A stretch of 64,000 bases of DNA from Sphyrna mokarran (GCA_024679065.1 JAGIQG010000004.1:54374001-54438000), one strand, 5' to 3'. Counted from the first letter of the stretch, positions 40,197-54,737 are shown. Notes: generated by a model not told the origin, from the sequence alone. Translations and numbers: made by a program.

Positions 40197-41754
40197 ACCA
40201 AATAAACCTGCTGAACTTTATGCCACTTATTATATTAATTTCAACAATGTTGAAGCCAAGTTTAACCTCACGAAACCAATCATGAAATTTTAGCCCTATA
40301 TCTACATGTTTCCATTCTACAGTCCAGCAGATTTGATGCGCAACAAGTGACTGTCGCGGGAATAGCAGTAGCAAAATATCACGGATACCAGAAACGTGGA
40401 AAAAGAAACCCAGAAAGCGCTGTAAACAGCACAGCAGGCTTTGCAGTATCTGTAGAGAGAGCAACCCAATTAAAATTCCGAATCGAATATAACTTTATTC
40501 GGAAGGAAGGAATTTTTGCCGTGTGTTGGATGATTCCCGCAGATGGAATTGGCAGGAGAAGAAAACTAAATCGACCCTTGTCAAGCTGGTTGCAAAGAGG
40601 AAAGACGTCTCAATAAAAGTAAGGCCGATTATTCGCGACATTCAGTTTGTGATGGTTTGCAGTTCTCAAATCCGCTCTTGTGTCGATTTAATTGATCTAA
40701 ATCAGAGGAGAAAATCAACTTGGAATCCTGTTCCTCGTTGCCGCCCATTGCAGCTGCAGGCTTGGTAAGAACAGGATGAGACTAGACTGTAATTAACTCC
40801 CACCTGTATACCCGAAACCTCTGGTTCTTTTGCCCATCACTTTAAACCTGTCTTCTATTTCGCGATGTTTGTGTTACTGTGAATACTTCCTACTTATTTT
40901 ATCAAAATTGTTCATAACTTTAAGGTCGCTATGCAGCCTCATTTTAACCTTCTGGACTCTTAGTTCTCTTCACCTAATCCCAGTCCCCAACACTGACAAA
41001 TCTTAACAAATCTGCACCCTCTCTAAATCCCCAACATCCTTCAGATTTGAACAGAGTTGTCCAACTTAGGCTGAACTGGTGGTTTATGGAAATTTAAAAT
41101 AACTTTCTTACTGCATTCTTCTCTATGTTAAAGAAGTCCCGTATTCTCTACGTTCTCAATAGCTTCCTCATTTGTTTTGAAACCTTCAAATATCGCATAT
41201 TCTCCCCGAGATGTTTACTTTCACTGAAATCACCTTTCTCTCTGCAATTAATAAAATGCGATTATCTCAGTTTCTCCTCAGTTTTATATTGAAGGAAGGT
41301 AGCAAAGGTGGCAAAACTTTAGTAAATATAGTAAATATAAGTAAGCTGACATCTGAGCTAATTAGATGCGAGTTAGCCATACAGTTACTTCTGTTATTTG
41401 GTAACAGTGAATGGAAATTCAATCTTGCCATGAGGCATATGATAGCAAAATGGAATAGATAGTATTTCTATTTACTTCGTCTGTTCTGAAAGAGGGAACT
41501 TCTTGTAGCAGTTTGATTCGCGAAGACTAATTGTCCGCCTCATTTGTGCTTCCTTACTGAATCCGATATTTGCCCAAAGCTTTATCCCTGTCGAGGAACC
41601 TATTATCCCGCGGGGATTTACAAGGAACAACTAAAATAAAAAAAAAGTATCATGATGGTCAACATTGGAACAGTTCCAGAACGCCAAGTTCCAGAATGTC
41701 ATAATTCTTTGTGATCTTTCACGTGACTGCTCCTGAACGTTTCAAAGGAAAGAA

Positions 41755-42060
41755 AGCGGTGGCACGGCTGCATAGTGTCTCTACTAACTAACCCACTGCG
41801 GCCTCACAACGCCAGGGACCCGTGTTCGATTTCAGCCTTGGGTGACTGTGTGAAGTTTGCACATTCTCCTGATGCCTGCGTGGGTTTCCTGTCACAATTC
41901 AAAGTTTAGGCGGACTGGCCCTTCGTGTCCCAAGAATGTAATTTAGGGTGATTGTGTGGGGTTACAGAGATAGGGAGGGGGGAGGTAAACTGCTCTGACG
42001 GAGATTCGGTGCCGACTTAATGGGCAAAATGTCCTTCTATCGGACTGTAGGGATTCTAAA
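41755..42060 (+). mobile_element. HE1-type V-SINE
   Basis: V-SINE core. Further copies at ~21325-21560, 25200-25460 and 42790-43050 (+), and ~18185-18365 (-). Confidence 0.75.
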
Positions 42061-44204
42061 AATTTTGCATGACATTTTCCATTAGAAGCGCCTACAGTGG
42101 TGAATAAACCATAAGAAAATGTCACAGACCAATAATTTCTCATTGAACAGGAGATCTAGAATCATGAAAACAAAACTGATGAATGTTGGAAACATGAAAT
42201 TAAATATCAAATATTCGAAATGGAATAAAGAGGTCCCGGCTTCTGTGGAAAGAATCAGGAGTCACAGAGAGACTGATGTACTCCTGAAGATTCAATCATA
42301 TGGACTTGTCCATGTAATGTGAAATGAAATTGGAAGAACAGTCTCGCTCTTCAACTCTGTGAGAAAGGCAGTGAGTAGGAGAATCGGAGGAGGGAAATGG
42401 TGAAGGGGAGGGGGTGAGAGGGAAAGAACTAATGGGAAATTCAGGACAGCGAAACGCGAGCGGGAACTTTGCGAGGGGGAAGTGGTGGGTGGGAGTTTCA
42501 GCAAGTGGGAAGTTTAGGAGAGATGGTGAGCAGATGGGTCGAGAAAGGCGGCAAAAGATGAAAGTGGTGGTGAGCAGAAACATTTAGAAAGCAGCATGCA
42601 TGAGAAAAGTGATGGTGTCAGTAATTTATATGGAATTAACAAGTTATTTGAAATATTTTTCTGCCAGCTAGGTTTAAGGCAGCGCATACAATCTTTCAAT
42701 CGGCTCTATATAACAATGTTGAGCCGATTAGAGACAGATGGCATTTAGAGTTAATTGATGATGGTAAACAAACGTGTCAATCTTAGCTCATTGGTAGTAC
42801 TTCAATTCCTGGCTTGGATCGCTGTCTGTGGCGTTTTCACGTTCTCCCTGTGTCTGAGTGGGTTTTCTCCGGGTGCTCCCGTTTCCTGTCACAGTCCAAA
42901 GATGTTCAGTAAGGTGCATTGGCCATGCTAAATTCTCTGTCAGTGACACACACAAGCGCCGGAGTGTGGTGACAAGGGGATTTTCACAGCAATTTGAACG
43001 CAGTGTTAATATAAGACTATTGTGACACTAATAAATAAACTTTAACCTTAACACTTTCTCTATGTGTCAAAGACTCTATCCCACTCCAATAAGATCAACA
43101 CAAATTTTAGCAGCACTGATGAAGAATTGCGTGACAGATGATGCTCTATTTTGGAAAAGATGTTAGAACAAGTTTCCCTCAACCTCCAGCGGTGCATGTA
43201 AATAATCTCAACAGTCAATTGGAATAAGACCAGATGAGTTCTCCATCCACACAATATTTATCATTTGTCGCTTAAAAGTAAATGGCCGGAATTTTCCGGC
43301 CCTTGCTCCTGCAAGTGAAGGCGGAAAATGTGGTGCTCAGCCAAATGCTGTTAACTGCAGCAAAACCAGAGAATCCCGCTGGCATGGACGCCGGAAAATA
43401 CCTCTGTGTTGTCTGGGGGACCTCTGCTTTGCACAAATTGTTGTCTATTTCCAAAAACAGTGACTATATTTTGAAATATACATTATTAGTTAAAACGCTC
43501 CATATAAGCTTGTATACAAGGCTTGTATCGACTTGCTTTCTTTTCTTGAATGCCAGTCGCACCTACGGATTCTCTGGTCTGTTGCAGCGAACAAAGATTT
43601 GACTCAGTGCCAACTTCTCCGTCCTATCTTACGCAGGGTGAGAACAGTCAGAAAATTATGAGCACGCAATGCATATTTTTCTAATGGTCTTGATGTGCAA
43701 AATAAACTCCACCAACTTAACTGAAGCTGTTATAAGTAAATAGTTGGGCATTTTGTTGCACGGTGAAGGATTAGGTCAGATATATCTATACTGCTAAAAA
43801 GGGATATGTTGTTGAAGCTTTTTTTCTTGTGCTAATAAGGTAAAATGCAAGAATGTCACATTTCATTCCAACAGGAAAAAAAAGCCACAGGAGATTGCTT
43901 TACAAATCAACTCTGAATAGCCAAAATATTGCCACGAAGAAAGCAATAGGGAACTATAGGTGCTGCATGCTTCCAGGCAATTCAGAATGATGCAGAGAAT
44001 GTTGGTTTTGTTTGCAGAGAACTGGCTCCTGAATTTGGACAGAGGTTATAATTTGTATGTGTAAAACAGCCATGTTACTAACTTGACTAAATACTTTAAT
44101 TGGTTGTTATTACATATAGCACAGGCACAATTGTTCACAAGTACTGCCAAGTCACAAAATCACATCTAACAGTAGATGTCTGGTTTAGATGTTGCAAACA
44201 TGGC

Positions 44205-45140
44205 CTGTAGACCATAAAGACTGTAGGATATGGGAGCAGAATTAGGCCATTCAGTCCGTCAAGTCTGGTCTATCATTTGATCATGGATGATATGTTTCAC
44301 ACCCCATTCTCCCGCCTTTCCTCTCAACCTTTGATCCCATTAACAATCAAGAACTTATCTTCTCTTTCTTAAATAAACTCAATAAGCTGGCCTCCACAGC
44401 TTTCTATAGCAATTAATTCCACAGATTCGCCACCCTCTGACTGAAAAAAAAATCCTCCTAATTTTTGTTCTAAAGGGTTGTCCCTTTATTCTGAGGCTGT
44501 GTCTTTGGATCCTAGTTTTTCCTACTAATGGAATCATGTTCTCCACATCTAACCTATCCAGGTCTTTCAGTATTCTATACGTTTCGATGAGATTCCCTTT
44601 CATCGTTGTAAACTTCATTGATACAGACCAGTATGCTCAAATGCTCCTCATACATCAAGCCTTTCATTCCCAGGATCATCCTCATGAACGTCCGCTGAAG
44701 CATCTCTAAGGTCATCACATCCTTCCTTAGATACACAGTCCAAAATTGTTCACAATATTTCAAATTTGGCCTGACCAGAGCCTTATAAAGCCTCAGCAAT
44801 GCATCCTTGCTTTTGTATTCCAGTCCTCTTGAAATGAATGCTAACATTACATTTGCCTTCCTAATTATCAACTCAACCTCCAAGTTAATCTTATGCGAGT
44901 CCTGAACTATGATTCCCATGTCCCTTTGCGCTTCTGATTTCTGAATGCTTTCCCCATTTAGAAAATAGTCTATGCCTCCATTCTTTCTACCAAGGTGCAT
45001 AACCTCACACTTTCCCACATTTTGTTTCCCATTTCTTTGCCTACTCTCCTAACCTGTCCAAATCTTTCTGCAGCCTCTCTGGTGTCTCAATATTACCTGT
45101 ATCTCCACCTAAATTTATATCATCTGCAAACTTTGCCACA
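44205..45140 (-). mobile_element. Decayed CR1 LINE 3' part
   Basis: ORFs 44379-44618 and 44575-45018 (KCEVMHLGRKN, LYKALVRP). Confidence 0.85.
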
Positions 45141-45864
45141 ATGTTATTTTCCATTATTGCTGAAAATAAAGCAGGCTGTACATAAAGCTAGTTCTGGAAT
45201 GTTCTCAGAAAAACAGGACATTTCACTAAACTTAATTATATTTTAACATTCAAGCTAATTTCAAGATTTTTGGTTCGCATTTCAGTTTTCAGAATCAGCA
45301 CGCCGGAGACTGCAAAATATATTTACAAATGCCTTGTTGAGAGATGTGAGGTTTCAAATTAATGTCTTAAATTATTCTTCATCTCACTTTTGAATGAGTA
45401 ACACAAGCATTGTGCAACTTGTAGTCCTAAGATGGGAGTTGCGTCTAACCACAAGTGTTTCCATTATACTATGAGCAGAATCGCTGTGCAGTCCTTGCAA
45501 TTTCCCATTCGCTCTGGCTACCAGTGCGCGTTGTGGTATATAATTAGCTGACTGAAGAAATCAGCTATAAGAAGAAACATTTTATATAGACAAGTTGCAA
45601 AGGTTCTCACTCGAGCAACAGCAATTGTGCATTACAAACTGAAATCTAAAATTAGAATTGAACAAATTATAAATAGAAAGAACTTACAAAGGATAACAAA
45701 TGGAAATAAGAGTTAAACTCACACATAAAGAATACCCACACAGTCACACACGTAAGAACAAGTGGTATTTATAATGTACCTTCAATGTAGTGAATTATCA
45801 CAAGAACATTACCAAACATGTTATAATACTGAGCAATGTTGGTGACTGGCAGACATTAAAGGAA

Positions 45865-46925
45865 GTAAGAAGTCTCAAAACCCACAAGCTTTTGGAAATG
45901 CTGTTCCTTCATCAGGTGTGTGGAAAGATCTGAGCAGAGAATGGCATAGAAAGGCAGACACAATTTACAGAATACTGATTAGAATGCAAGTCATTACAAC
46001 TAATTTGCTATTCAAATCTTAAAGATGCAGATAATATGAGTGGAGATAGCATTAAACATAGATTAAAGAAATGAGTATTGTTTCCAGACAGGAGAATAAG
46101 TGTGATGTTGCAAGTTCAGGAAAGTCATAGGGGTTACAGGTAGTGTGACATGAACCCAAGATCTCGGCTGAGGCCGTCCTCATGTATGCGGAACTTGGCC
46201 ATCAGTTTCTGCTCAGCAACTCTGCACTTTCATGTGTCATGAAGGCCACCTTGGAGAATGCTTACCCGAAGACCAGAGGCCGAATCCCCGTGACCACTGA
46301 AGTGTTCGCCAACAGAAGGGAACAGTCTTGCCTGGTGAATGTGGAGTGATGTTTATTCATCTGTTGTCATAGCGTCATCAGGCAAGACTGTTCCCTTCCT
46401 GTTGGCAAACATTTCAGTGGTCACGGGCATTCGGCTTTTGATCTTCGGGTAAGTGTTCTCCAAGGCGGCCTTCACGAGACATAACGGTGCAGAGTCACTG
46501 AACAGAAACCGATGGCCAAGTTCTGCACACATGAGGATGTCGTCGACCAGGATTTTGGGTTCATGTCGCACTATCTGTAACCCCCAAGAGTGCCTGAACT
46601 TGCGACATCTCGCTTACTGTTCTGTCTGGAGACAATACACATCTCTTTAATCTATGCCTAATGCTATCTCCACTCACATTGCCTGCATCTTTAAGACTTG
46701 AATAGTAGGTTTGCTGTAAAGACTTACATTCTAATCAATATTCTGTAAACTGTGTCTGCCTTTATTTGCCCTTCTCTGATCAGAATTTTCCACACACTTG
46801 ATGGGGAACAGCGTTTCCGAAAGCTTGTGGGTTTACTATCAAATAAACTGGTTGGATTTCAAACTGGTATTATTAGACTTCTTACTGTGTTTGCCCCAGT
46901 CCAACGCCTGCATTTCCACTTCAAG
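45865..46925. mobile_element. Inverted pair of Penelope-like 3' fragments
   Basis: 45865-46376 is the reverse complement of 46377-46925. Both are homologous to 59180-59720. Confidence 0.85.
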
Positions 46926-47019
46926 AATTTAAAGAAAGACAGAGAAAAGCTTTGGGGATGGGATTCCAGAACTTAGGCCCTTAGCAGCTGGCATGATATC
47001 TAATTTTGATTTTGATTTG

Positions 47020-47715
47020 ATTTGTTATTGTCACGTAAATTAACCTATAGTGAAAAGTATTGCTTCTTGCGCGCTATGCAGACAAAGCATACCAGTCATA
47101 GAAAAGGAAAGGAAAGAATGCAGAATGTAGTGTTACATTCATAGCTAGGGTATAGAGAAAGATTAACTTAATGCAATGTAAGTCCATTCAAAAATCTGAA
47201 AGTAGCAGGGAAGAAACTGCTCTTGAGTCACGTTCGTATGTGATCTCAGAATTTTGTATTTTCTTCCCGATGAAAGAAGTTTGAAAAGAGAATGTCCGGA
47301 GTGTGTGGGTTTTTAATTATGTTGGTTGCTTTGCTAAGGCAGCGGGACATGTAGACAGAGTTAATGGATGTTTGCATGATGGATTGGGCTACATTCATGA
47401 CTCTTTGTAGTTCCGTGCATCTTGGGGAGAACAGGAGCCAGCCAAGATGTGATACAACCAGAAAGAATGCTTTCTATGGTGCATCTGTAAAAGTTGGTAA
47501 GAGTTGCAGCTAATGCCAAATTTCCTTAGTCTTCTGAAGAAGTCAAGGAGTTGGTGGCCTTTCTTAACTACAGTGTCAGCATGGGGGGAACAAGGACAGG
47601 TTGTTGATGATCTGGACACCTAAAAATGTGAAGCTCGTGACTCTACTTCATCCCTCTTGAAGCATCTTTCGTGCTTCCTGAAGTCGATAACAATCTCCTT
47701 CGTTTTGTTGATATT
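47020..47715 (-). mobile_element. Rex1/Babar-type LINE 3' part
   Basis: Homologous to 14785-15310. VKKGHQLLDFFRRLRKFG. Confidence 0.7.
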
Positions 47716-48609
47716 TTCTGCCAATGGCAGAATGATGAAAATTGGAGATGGAGCGAAGACTACAATTGAAGCAGACTTAAGTTCCTGGAGGTTTTTGAAA
47801 GCTAGGGTGGGAATGTTAAACTAACGGTGCTGTAGGACCAGAAGGCAATGTTGATCAGCAAATATGGTGTGATGAATTAACAGGACGTGGGATGAGTTAT
47901 ACACATGTACACAAATTCATATAAGCACACACAATACACATTCTCATATAAGCACATGCATGTGCAGAAACACAGGTACACATAGACAAACACACACTCA
48001 TGAATAGTCACTTTGTAGTACAAAACTTTAGTATTGCTGATGATATAAGTTGAGATGTGATATTCTTTTCAATCTGTCCTGGTAAGCTAAAGACAAAAGG
48101 CTTGAACGGCATATTTCTTTTTCAGCAATCCTCATGAATGGAACGACTTATATTTCTGGAGCAACTCGCATGATTTCAGGATACCCCAAAACATTTTTCG
48201 GCCAATGAAGAATAGCCACTGCTATATTTTTTTCTATTCATTTATAGCGTGTTTGCATCATTGGCCAGATCAGTATTTATTGCCCATCCCTAGTTGTCCT
48301 TCAGAAGATGGTGATGAGCTGCCTTCTTGAACTACTACAGTCACTGAAGCGTAAGTACACCCACAGTGCTGTTAGGAAGGGAATTCTATGATTTTGACCC
48401 AGTGATAGTGGAACGGCGATATATTTTGAAATCAGTGCAAAAGGCTATTTGGTCCATCAAGTCTGCACTGGCTCTTCTACAGAGCAGTTTATCTAGGCCT
48501 TATCTCCATAACCCCATGTTTTTACCCCGCTTTTCCCACTTACCCAGACATCCTGGGACTGTGAAGGGCTATTAACATGGCCAATCCACCTAACCTGTTC
48601 AATCAAACT

Positions 48610-50900
48610 TAGTCATAGAGGTTGGTAGCATGGAAGCAGACCCTTCGGGCTAACTCCTTCATGCCATGCGATTTTTTTACCATTAAGTTTTTTTCCCAAT
48701 TGCCCACATTTGGCCCATATCTCTCTTACCTATCTTACCCATGTAATGTCTAAATGGTTTTTAAAAGACAAAGTTGTATCTGCCTCTATATTATCTTTAA
48801 TAGCTCATTCCAGATGCTCACCACCCTCTGAGTGAAAAGAGTTCCCCTTTGGGCGCTTTTATATCTCTGCCCTCTCATCTTAAACTTATGCCCTCTAGCT
48901 TTAGACTCCACTACATTTTGGAGACAATGTTGACTATTTATGTTCCTCATTATTTTATAGACACCTATAAGATCTCCCCTGAGCCCCCTGCACCCTTGGG
49001 GTAAAAAGTCCCTGTCTATCCAACCTTTCTTTACAACTCAAACTATCAAGTCCTGGTAGCATCCTAGTAAATCTTTTCTGCACTCTTTCTAATTTAATAA
49101 TATCCTTCCTATAATAGGGTGATCAGAACTATACACAGTATTCCTAGTGTGGCCTTACTAATGCCCCCTACAACTTCAATGAGATGTCCCAACTCCTGTG
49201 TTTAATGTTCTGACCAATGACAGCAAGCACACGAATGCCTACATCAGCACCCTGTCCATCTGTGACTCCACTTTCTAGGAGCTATATACCTATTCTCCTA
49301 GATCTCTTTGTTCCATAACTCTCCACAATGCCCTACCATTAACCGAGGTAGTTATGCCCTGATTTGATGTACTAACATGCATCAGCTCACATTTATCTAA
49401 ACTTAGCTCCATCCTGTTGTACATCGGCCCACTGGTGTAACTGATCAAGATCCTGTTGCAATCCTAGATAATCTTCTCACTGTGCCACTAAGCCACCAAT
49501 CCTAGCGTCATCTGCAAATTTACCATCCATGCCTGTTAAATTCTCATCCAAATCATTAATATAAATAAATTACAGTGGATCCAGCAGTGATCCCTGAGAC
49601 ACACCACTGATCACAGGCCTTCAGTTTGAAAAACAATCCTTTATAGCCACCGTTTGACTTCTGTCATCAAGCTAATTTTGTATCCAATTGGCTGCTTTAC
49701 CCTGGATCCTGTGAGGTTTAACCTTATGCAACCTACCATGCGGTACCTTGTCAAAATCTATGTAGGCAACATCAACTGCACTGTTCTCATCTACCTACTT
49801 GGTTATCCCTTCACAACACTCAATGAAATTCACGAGATATGATTTCCACTTACGAAGTCATGCTTGTTGTTCCTAGTTAGTCCTTGCTTCTCTAAATGCC
49901 TGTAGATCCTATCCCTCAGAATACCTTTTAACAGCTTACTCATTACAGTTGTTTAGCTCATCTGTCTGTGGCTCCTGGGCTTTTCCCTGCAGCTCTTCTT
50001 AAAGAAAATCACAACATTTGCCACCTCCAATCTTCAGGCACCTCATCCATGGCTGTCGATGATTCAAATATCTCTGCTAGGTATCTGCAACTTCCTCTCT
50101 AGCCTCCTCCCTGAGATACGTATCATCGGGTCACGGGGATTTATCTACCTTGACGTGCTTTAAGACATCCTCTTTCTCTGAAATATTATACTTCTCAGGG
50201 CATCACTATTTATTTCCCCAAGTTTCCTAAAATTCACACCTTTCTCCACTTTTAATACCAATGAGAAATATTAATTTAGGGTCTCACTCATCTCTTGTGG
50301 ATCTGCACATAGATGACCTTTTTGATTCTTAAGAGGTCCTACTCTCTCGTTAGTTAGTCTTTTGTCCTTTACGTATTTATTTGTAGAAGCCCTTTGGATT
50401 CTTCTTTACTTTATCAGCTAAGCAACTTCAAGTGTGGATCCCTCCTGATCTCTCTTTTACTTCTACCCTACCCCCTCTATGTTCTTTAAGGGATCCACTT
50501 GGTCCCAGTTATCTATTCATGTCATGTGCCCCCTTCTTCTTGATGATCAGGGCCTCCATATCCCAAGTCACCCACGGTTCCCTACTACTAGCAGACTTGC
50601 CCTTCACTCTGAGAGAACGTTCTTACCCCGAACTATGATTAACACAGTTTTGAAAATCTTCCACTTACCAGCTATCCCTTTACCTGCCAACAGACTCCCC
50701 CAATCAACTTTCTACCTAATCCTATGAATGTCATGAAAATTGACTTTGCTCCAATTTAGTATTTTAACATTTGGGCCAGACGTAATATTCTCCTTAGTTA
50801 TATTAAAATGAATATAATTAGTACCAAATTGATCCCTCATTAACTGTCACCAGTCTTTCCTTATTTCTCAAGAGGAGGTTACATTTTGCTCCCTCTCTAG
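48610..50900 (-). mobile_element. Long decayed CR1 LINE
   Basis: Continuous reverse-strand similarity to the young CR1 copies, with many stops. Confidence 0.75.
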
Positions 50901-51099
50901 TTTTCCTTCCTTCTAATATGCCTTTGATTGGGTGCATTATTCTTTTTGGTTAGATCTTTTGGAAACTCTTAACTACACATTTCTAATTCAAACGCATACA
51001 TATAAATATAAGAGATATGATTTCCTCTACTTTTCCGTGTCTGATGGTGTTGTGATGATGCCACTGCACTCTCTGTTGTGATTTTGGCCAATACTATGG

Positions 51100-51415
51100 G
51101 GATGGAATGGTGGCATAGTGGCTAGCGTTTCTGCCCCATAGAGCCAGAGACCTGGGTTCAATTCCAGCCTTGGATCACTGTCGGAGTTGAGTTTGCAAAT
51201 TTCCCTGTGACTGCGTGGCTTTTCTCTGAGTGCTGAGGTTTCCTCCCAACTCCAAAGATGTGCGGGTTAGGTTAATTAGCCATGCTAAATTGTTCCTTAC
51301 TTAGTTCAGGGGACTAGCATAGTAAAGATGTGGGGTTATGGAGATAGGTAGGATTGTGTCGGTACAGGCTCAATGGACCAAGTAGTTTCCTTCTCTATTG
51401 TACAGATTCTATGAC
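51100..51415 (+). mobile_element. HE1-type V-SINE
   Basis: tRNA-like head, gagtttgca..ggtttcctccc..tccaaagatgtgc..gccatgctaaattg core. Confidence 0.8.
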
Positions 51416-51914
51416 AATGTGTTCTGATTGAGGGGTTAACTTATTATTTATTTTGACAGAAGGTGATTTGCCCATTGAGCATTTCCAGTATGTTTTCTTT
51501 TATATGACATATAATTGCACTGAGTCAACAGCACAGACTATTGATATATGCTGGCATTTATGCATCTCTCCATCTCTTCATTTACCCCGACCAATATATT
51601 TCAGTGTGCCTCATTTGCGTTTCAGGCTTCTCTCTGAAATGTGTCTGCACATTTCCACTGAATGATCCCTATATCTAGTGTGTTCCACATTCTTACCACT
51701 TAAGATGTATAGAAGCTTCTCGTGAAATCTCGATTGGTTATACTTATATCTGTTGCATATTTCTATCCTCAGATTTCGGATTCTCTCATAATTGGATTCA
51801 TTTTCTCTACATCAAACCTATTAACGACGTTCGTAATTTCAGTGACCTTGACCGGGTCTCCCTTTAGCTTCCATTTTTTCATTCATTTAAAATGGTTCAA
51901 GTGTTGGCCATTAT

Positions 51915-52270
51915 TCACTTAGTAACACTCACTCCTGCCTGAGAAAATTATGTTTTCAAGCCGTACTCTGGGACCTGGCAAACAAGAATCTAGATTGATA
52001 TTCCAGTGCAGTGCTGAGCAAGTGCTGCTTTGTCCGAGGTGTTATGTCCACAACGCGACGTTAAACCTAGGTCCCATCTGCCTTTGCGGGCGACCTTTTA
52101 AGGTGTCATGCCACTAGTTTTATGAAGAGCGGAGGAGTTACCCCTAGGGTCCTGGTCAACTTCATCACTCAATCAACATCTCAGAAAATAAGGTTTTGGG
52201 GCGTTTGTTGTGCACATGTTTCCTTATCATGGCAACGGCCACACTTCAGAAGTTGTCTGCAAACGACTAT
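51915..52270 (+). mobile_element. Deu-domain SINE (SacSINE1/AmnSINE1-like), decayed
   Basis: ccagtgcagtgctgag..gtgctgc..gaggtg..gacgttaaacc.aggtcccatctg..gaagagc..ggagtt..gtcctgg resembles the Deu core as I recall it. Confidence 0.7.
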
Positions 52271-54737
52271 GCCAGATTTGGTTTAAAAAGTTACGAATTC
52301 CTCCCAGTAATCGAGCCCGTTAGTGCTTTACTCGTTAATAACGGAAGTAAAATATCTAGCAGCTCTTTCTAGTGAAATCTTACACACCTTAACAAAACAC
52401 TTCTTTTCCGAAGAACAGAGAGCATCCTTCAAATATCTTCGCAACACTGCTAACCCAAATTGACCAGCTGACGTCGTTGTTTCCCGCAAATTGTTGCTGG
52501 GCTGGAGTAATAATTGTCTGAATTATGCACCGGATATTGCCCCGGAATATCTCATTATTCTCACTCAGTAAACTGTGGTCCAAATATTCACCTTAAAGTA
52601 ACATTCATTTTAATCTCCTACCTATTAATGTGAATTTGCATGCCTACAATAAAGGTTTGAATTGAAAAGCGATGTGCGTCCTGGTGGTAAACCTTTGGCA
52701 TTGTCACAGCTTGAAATACTGACCAAGGATCACTATCAGCACCATTATTACCGATAGACTCATTCAGTATCGAGCGCTATTAGAGGAAAACATTGGGAGC
52801 CCCTGCAAACCAAGAACAGTGGAGATATAAGACCATTAATATCATTACATCCAGCGAGAATATCAGGGATACACTGGATCAGAACTTATCAGTGTCGTGA
52901 CCATTTAGTACAAATACAGATTTTTTTTTTAAAAAAATCAAATTTCTGCCAACTGAAACAGTTCACATTCGGACTAATACTTCATTAATATAATAAAAGA
53001 ATACAACAACTTCAAATGCTAATATGGTTTTCAAAAAAAGTTACTGGATTATGCAACAGGACAAATGAACAAGAGTTTCCGAAAAAGAAGGGAACATTTG
53101 TAATTTACAAATTCGGATTAGAACAGAAAGAGGAGCCACTTCTGCGGGTTAATGCCGTATCTTTTTAAGGTGCTTCATACATTCCGACCGTCCTTCACTA
53201 TTTAGTAGTATTTACTCCAGGTCCAATTTTCATGCTGTTTTGTCAGGAAAATTGCTGAGGAGGATGGACAGAATTTACACTCCATTGAGTCAATCATCGG
53301 ATGAATGCGGCGAATTTGGGAGGGAAGGAGGATGATTTTGTTTTTAAATACTGATTACTATTTTATTTCAATAGCCTATAAATTAGCACACATTTTAGGA
53401 TCGAACATTTAACATCGTGCTTCATTGGAGCTTTTTAAATGTCTTCATTTTCTAACATTATTTATCATGGAGTTAGAAATTATGTGGATCCCTGAACAGA
53501 AAAAGAGAAGTAACAGACATAAATATGGATAGTGGAATCACTGGGCTATAGAGCATAGAGAGAAATCATTCGGCCCATGTTGCCTGTGTTGGTTCTTTAA
53601 AAGAATTATATAATTGGTCCCATCATTTCTCAAAAGCTCTGTATTTCTAAATTTTTAAGTATGTATCTTATTCCCAATAATAAAGTTATTATTGCTTTTT
53701 CCATATAAAGAATTCTGGATCGTAGCATTTTAGCTCGGAAAACACTTTTTTCTTCTTCCGAACTTGTTCTTTTGACCATTTTCTTGAATTTGGTCCTTTG
53801 GTTACTGAATCATAGTTTATCCTATTACGGAATCTGACAACCATACAGTGCAGGAATCCATTGGCTCAGTGTGCTAAGTTGATTTTGCAGATGGAATCCA
53901 ATTTGTCTAATTGACCTATTTATTTATTTACCTTTAAAAAGTATGGATAATCTTTTACAATAATAAGTTGTAAAGCTAATTAGATGCAAATCGGTAATCT
54001 TACTCCGAGGCTGGCTAGATACTGCTACTAGATGTTTTGTACAGTTGATCCCTGAAACATCCAGAACTTGCAACTCAAGGGGATCCTTAAGCCGGTTCCA
54101 TTCCCAATTCTCCTTCTCGATGGTAAACTGATCTTATGGTCAGGTTCTTTGAAAAATCACAGTGAAGAAATAGAGGGCTTCTCCACCCTTTTTGTTTGGA
54201 AGATTTGTCTTTCGCTTCTAGTCGTCCAAGAGTTCTTCGTTATCCGACTGGGCCTTTCATTGAATTCTTTTGAAAGTGCAGGAAGATGCAGTACCAGGCG
54301 ATGTTTGTTCGCTTGAGTGCAACTTTAAATAGAGAGGATTTGGCTAATTGTGAAATCCCCCAACAACCATCAGAAAACCAATATAAATACGAAGTAGACA
54401 TCTATGGCAGTGTAATCCCCAGGATCAGAATACATCTGAAGCATTCCGGAATTCAAGTTGACCGAATGTAAGCAATAAATGATATCCAGTAGTTCGGATT
54501 TTGTGGGTTCAGACGAGAATAGGTCAGAGGTCAGTGATTTCATGTATAGAGTAGGGAGTTTTGCTGATGATTGCACTACGTACAAAATTATTAACAACTC
54601 CTCAAGCACTGAAGCAACACGTGTCCATATAAGACAAGAACAGTAAAACCTTTGGGCTTTGCTTTATAAGAGTTAAGTGACATTTGCGCCAATCTCGTGC
54701 AAGGCAATGATTATTTCCAAACCGAGAGCATCAATCC

